64,000 bases of DNA from Candidatus Latescibacterota bacterium (lineage in GTDB: Bacteria; Latescibacterota; UBA2968; UBA8231), in assembly GCA_965242865.1 (NCBI GenBank), contig CBDETK010000013.1, positions 3,840,001 through 3,904,000 of the forward strand. Reading direction: 5' to 3'. Under the pieces are notes generated by a model. It was given only the letters and a program-made list of their open reading frames with translations, was not told the origin of the DNA and made no database searches. A program made the translations under genes and the position numbers. Shown piece by piece: positions 58,847-64,000 of this stretch. Every line of letters starts with the position of its first letter. Position 1 is the stretch's first letter.

Positions 58847-60376
58847 TTAGAAGCGTCGCTCATCGTCTGCAAGCGCCAACTCGTAGCAGACGGCCTCGCT
58901 GTCCGTGCGTACCAACAGATAGGGCGCGGCAAGGGCCGGGGGATTCCACGTTTTGCCCGCAAAGGCCGTCATGCGCGCCAGTTCCACGTGGCGGTCAGGG
59001 CGGGCCTCAACCAATACCAAGTCGCCCGACTCGCTCATTATGAGCAGAATATCATCTACTAGAATGAGTTGGCCGTGGCCATAGCGCCCGCGCTTCCAGC
59101 GACGCTGGCCGTCTTGCGGGTCGAGGCAGACCAGCACCCCATCGTCGAGGCCATAGACAAAACCATCGCGATAGACCATGTTGGCAAATTTGGCCTTGAG
59201 CCGGGGGCTTTTCCAGACGACATCACTCGTCAAGCCGCCGCCGGGCACGGCCTGCACCTGATACAGCTTGGCGCCAATGCCGTAGCCGGTGGAAGCCAGT
59301 ACCCGGTCCCCGGGCAAAAGCAGGGGGTTGACAATGCACTCGACCTGCTCCCAAGGCTGATGCCAGAGGGGAATTCCGCTGTGCGGGTCGTGTGCGACGA
59401 CGCTGTGGTTGTTGAAGATCAGGATCTGCTCGCGGCCCGCCAGAGAGACCAACTGCGGAGAGCTAAAGCCAGCCTTGTCCGCGCCTCCGCCCCAGACAAA
59501 CGCGCCGTTCTCGCGGTGATAGGCCACGAGCGAGCGCTCATCTGGGCCTCCGGCACTGACCACGACCAAGCTGTCGAGGACCAGCGGCGAGCAGCTAATG
59601 CCCCAAACAGGTGCCTCGGCCTCGTTGTCGGCGAGGATGTCCCGCGACCAAATCAGGGCACCGCTGGCCAACTCCAAGCAGTTGAGGATACCCGTCGCGC
59701 CCAGCGTGAAAACTCGGTCGCCGGCGATAGTGGGCGTAGCGCGCGGGCCAATACCGGCGATAACGGTCTCGTAGCGGGTTGTATCGGCGTGGTGCCAGAG
59801 CTTGCGGCCGGTTGCCAAGTCGTAGCAGACGACCTGCTCTTCGGGACCGCGTTGCTCCTGCGTCACGGCCCGGCCGCCGACCGTGGCAAAAGAGGACCAA
59901 GCGGCCCCGACCGGGCGACGCCAGACTTCGCGCGGCGGGTGCTGGGTCCAGTCGCGCTCTAGGTGGACGCCGCGGAGGCGATTGTCGCGCTCGGGGCCGA
60001 GAAATTGCGGCCAATCGCGGGCGTTGAGCGCGGTTGCGTCTCCACCTGTGACGGGGGCTTCGTCCGCGGTGCTCCAGCGCCATTCGAGGATCGGCACGAA
60101 ATCGCCGCTCATGCCCTTGATGCGAAAAAGCCCAACACCAAGCGCGATGACGAGGATAATGCCGCCGCAATAGCGCAGGCGTCGTCCCCAAGCCAGCCGC
60201 GACGCCAAGAGCAACCAGAGCACCGCCAAGAAAGTGGCGAGCATGAAGATGGCCATGGTGCTCATTATCTGTCGCTGGCGATGCGGGGCTTCGGGCAGCC
60301 AAATCAGCAGGAGTGCCACGACGATGCCGCCGCCGAGCAGGTAGAGGGGCCATAAGCGAGGGCTAGCGGAGGCCAT
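58847..60376 (-). CDS. Membrane-anchored PQQ-like beta-propeller (BamB-like) protein
   Basis: Three N-terminal TM helices; DWPQFLGP.R, GPRATP, SCSP, W-ending blades. Confidence 0.88.
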   Translation of the reverse strand: MASASPRLWPLYLLGGGIVVALLLIWLPEAPHRQRQIMSTMAIFMLATFLAVLWLLLASRLAWGRRLRYCGGIILVIALGVGLFRIKGMSGDFVPILEWRWSTADEAPVTGGDATALNARDWPQFLGPERDNRLRGVHLERDWTQHPPREVWRRPVGAAWSSFATVGGRAVTQEQRGPEEQVVCYDLATGRKLWHHADTTRYETVIAGIGPRATPTIAGDRVFTLGATGILNCLELASGALIWSRDILADNEAEAPVWGISCSPLVLDSLVVVSAGGPDERSLVAYHRENGAFVWGGGADKAGFSSPQLVSLAGREQILIFNNHSVVAHDPHSGIPLWHQPWEQVECIVNPLLLPGDRVLASTGYGIGAKLYQVQAVPGGGLTSDVVWKSPRLKAKFANMVYRDGFVYGLDDGVLVCLDPQDGQRRWKRGRYGHGQLILVDDILLIMSESGDLVLVEARPDRHVELARMTAFAGKTWNPPALAAPYLLVRTDSEAVCYELALADDERRF

Positions 60377-60380
60377 GCTA

Positions 60381-61450
60381 TTAGACGCCGCCGGTAGCGG
60401 TCTCCAAGCGGACCCAATCGCCGCTGGTGACCGAGCGGGCCATGGCGGCCATGGCCCGCATCGTTTGGGTTCCATCCTCCACATCGGCCCCGAGCTGGGG
60501 CGCATCGCAGAGGACGACATCGGCAAAACCTTCGAGCTGGAGTCGGTAGAAATGCGCGTCGGCCCCCAGCGGCCGGCGATATTGGCCATCGCGGGTGGAG
60601 AAGCATTCGACATCGCTGGATTTCAAAAACCACGGCAGGTAGGTTTTGCCGACGACGCTGCCGTGCTCCCCGTAGATGTGAAAGCCCTCGTGGTAGTCCA
60701 TGCGCACGGCCACCGTCAGGTCGAGATGCCCGTGGCCGCCATTTGCAAACTCCACTTCGACAAACCAAGAATACGCCCCAAACATCTCCTTGCGCCGGCC
60801 GCGCACGGCCGCGAGCGGCCCCCCCAGAAAACGGGCGATGTCGATGAGATGCGAGCCGTGGGTCAGCATAAAATAGCGGCGCTTGTCGCCCTTGGGATCG
60901 CCCGCTGGCCGACGCGCCTGCTCGCTGTGCAGGGGCAGGGGCTGGAGGTTGTCGGTCATGGTGTAGCGATAGGTCGAATCGCAGTACCAAGCCTTTAGGG
61001 CCAATAGCGGCCCCATGTCCTCGCGGATGAACTGCGCGGCAAAAGCAATCCCAGGGTCAAAGCGCTTCATGTGCCCTACTTGGAGCTTGCACCCCGAGGC
61101 GGCGACGGCTCGGCGCAGGGTTTCGCATTCTTCCACGCTGATCCCCAGCGGCTTTTCCACGAAGACGTGTTTGCCAGCCGCCAACGCCTGCAAGCTGAGC
61201 GGGACGTGGAACGAATCGGCCGTGGCGATGATGACCGCTTCCACCTGCCGGTCCGCGAGCATGTCGGCAAAATCGGCGTAGGTTTTCTCCGGCTGGTGAA
61301 CGGCCGCCATGCGCTCGACTAAGTCCGGTGCTTGGTCGCAGATCGCGTACAGGCGCGTATTGCGGCCCTTGATGCACGACTCAAAGTGGGCGAACTGGGC
61401 GATGGGGCCGCAGCCCAACACCCCGATGGACAGGACCTGGCTATCTTTGT

Positions 61451-61454
<4 letters not shown>
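60381..61454 (-). CDS. Gfo/Idh/MocA family oxidoreductase
   Basis: GVLGCGPIA, GKHVFVEKP, HGSHLID; GTG overlaps the ABC-F stop. Confidence 0.9.
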
Positions 61455-63379
<1,925 letters not shown>

Positions 63380-63469
63380 AACTCGTCATAATTACGGAAA
63401 ATCAGCGGCAATGGGCTACTCTGCTGCTCGCTAATTTGCCATCTTATAGCAATCCTACATCATTCAAGA

Positions 63470-63496
63470 CTGGATTCCCGCTGTTGCGGGAATGAC
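63470..63496 (-). repeat. REP/dRS3-like palindrome, copy 2
   Basis: Reverse complement GTCATTCCCGCAACAGCGGGAATCCAG. Confidence 0.7.
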
Positions 63497-63588
63497 TTTT
63501 CATAGACAAAAAACACTGCCGATCAACATTCCATGCTTTCAAGTCTTAGGACAGCTATAGCAGCTCACCTCTCCCAAAGGAGCCCCCC

Positions 63589-64000
63589 ATGAACGCAGAC
63601 GACAAATACCTCTTTGACCTGACGGGCTATCTGATCCTCCGAGACGTGCTGACCGCCGAGGAGGTAGCCCAGCTCAACGCCGGCATCGACCGCCACCGCG
63701 ACCTTATGCGTGCGATCGACCGCTCGCTGTCCGGCGACTCGCAAGCACTGCAAGGCACCGTGCGGCGCAAGGATTTAGGCGGCATGCTCGCTTGGGAGCG
63801 TCCCTATTGCGAGCCGTTCCGCAAGCTGCTGGTCCATCCCAAGGTCAAGCCCTATCTCGAAGAAATTTTGGGCCGGGGGTATCGCCTCGACCACGGGCCG
63901 GGGCTGATCGCCATGGACGCGGGTTGCGAGGGCGGGCTTTTGCACGGCGGCGGAGTCGAGCGCCGGGATATATCGGAGGCATATTTCTTTAAGAACGACC
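63589..64000 (+). CDS. Phytanoyl-CoA dioxygenase family protein (partial, runs off the window)
   Basis: AAGGAG RBS; MNADDKYLFDLTGYLILRDVL...PFRKLL.HP; paralog of 56419. Confidence 0.85.
   Translation, partial: MNADDKYLFDLTGYLILRDVLTAEEVAQLNAGIDRHRDLMRAIDRSLSGDSQALQGTVRRKDLGGMLAWERPYCEPFRKLLVHPKVKPYLEEILGRGYRLDHGPGLIAMDAGCEGGLLHGGGVERRDISEAYFFKND

Overview
GC-rich bacterial chromosomal window. Its many PhyH-family dioxygenases, Gfo/Idh/MocA oxidoreductases and a sulfatase suggest an uncultured Latescibacterota/Poribacteria-like lineage (inference only). Bases 1-17 kb are housekeeping: proC-hisH-hisF-proB-ftsB-recO-glyQS, then tRNA-Leu-tig-clpP-clpX-engB-serA-purA-prpB-prpC. The rest is accessory. 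Main observations: (1) An 11,346-bp block (24617-35962) of tandem GT-C-fold membrane glycosyltransferase paralogs is circularly permuted. Its two ends join base-perfectly into one GT gene, and removing it base-perfectly restores a split beta-propeller glycosidase gene, as if a DNA circle had integrated with no recombinase, target duplication or homology. (2) A second, unrelated paralog array (three FN3-GSDH lipoproteins, two with a cytochrome c domain) interrupts a decaying sugar ABC operon. (3) Both families carry the same 25-bp AT-rich pseudo-palindrome just upstream of a G/C tract (a pure homopolymer in four of five sites) that sets the reading frame, a candidate shared phase-variation/diversification cassette. 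Several intact and broken toxin-antitoxin/HEPN modules are scattered through the accessory part.
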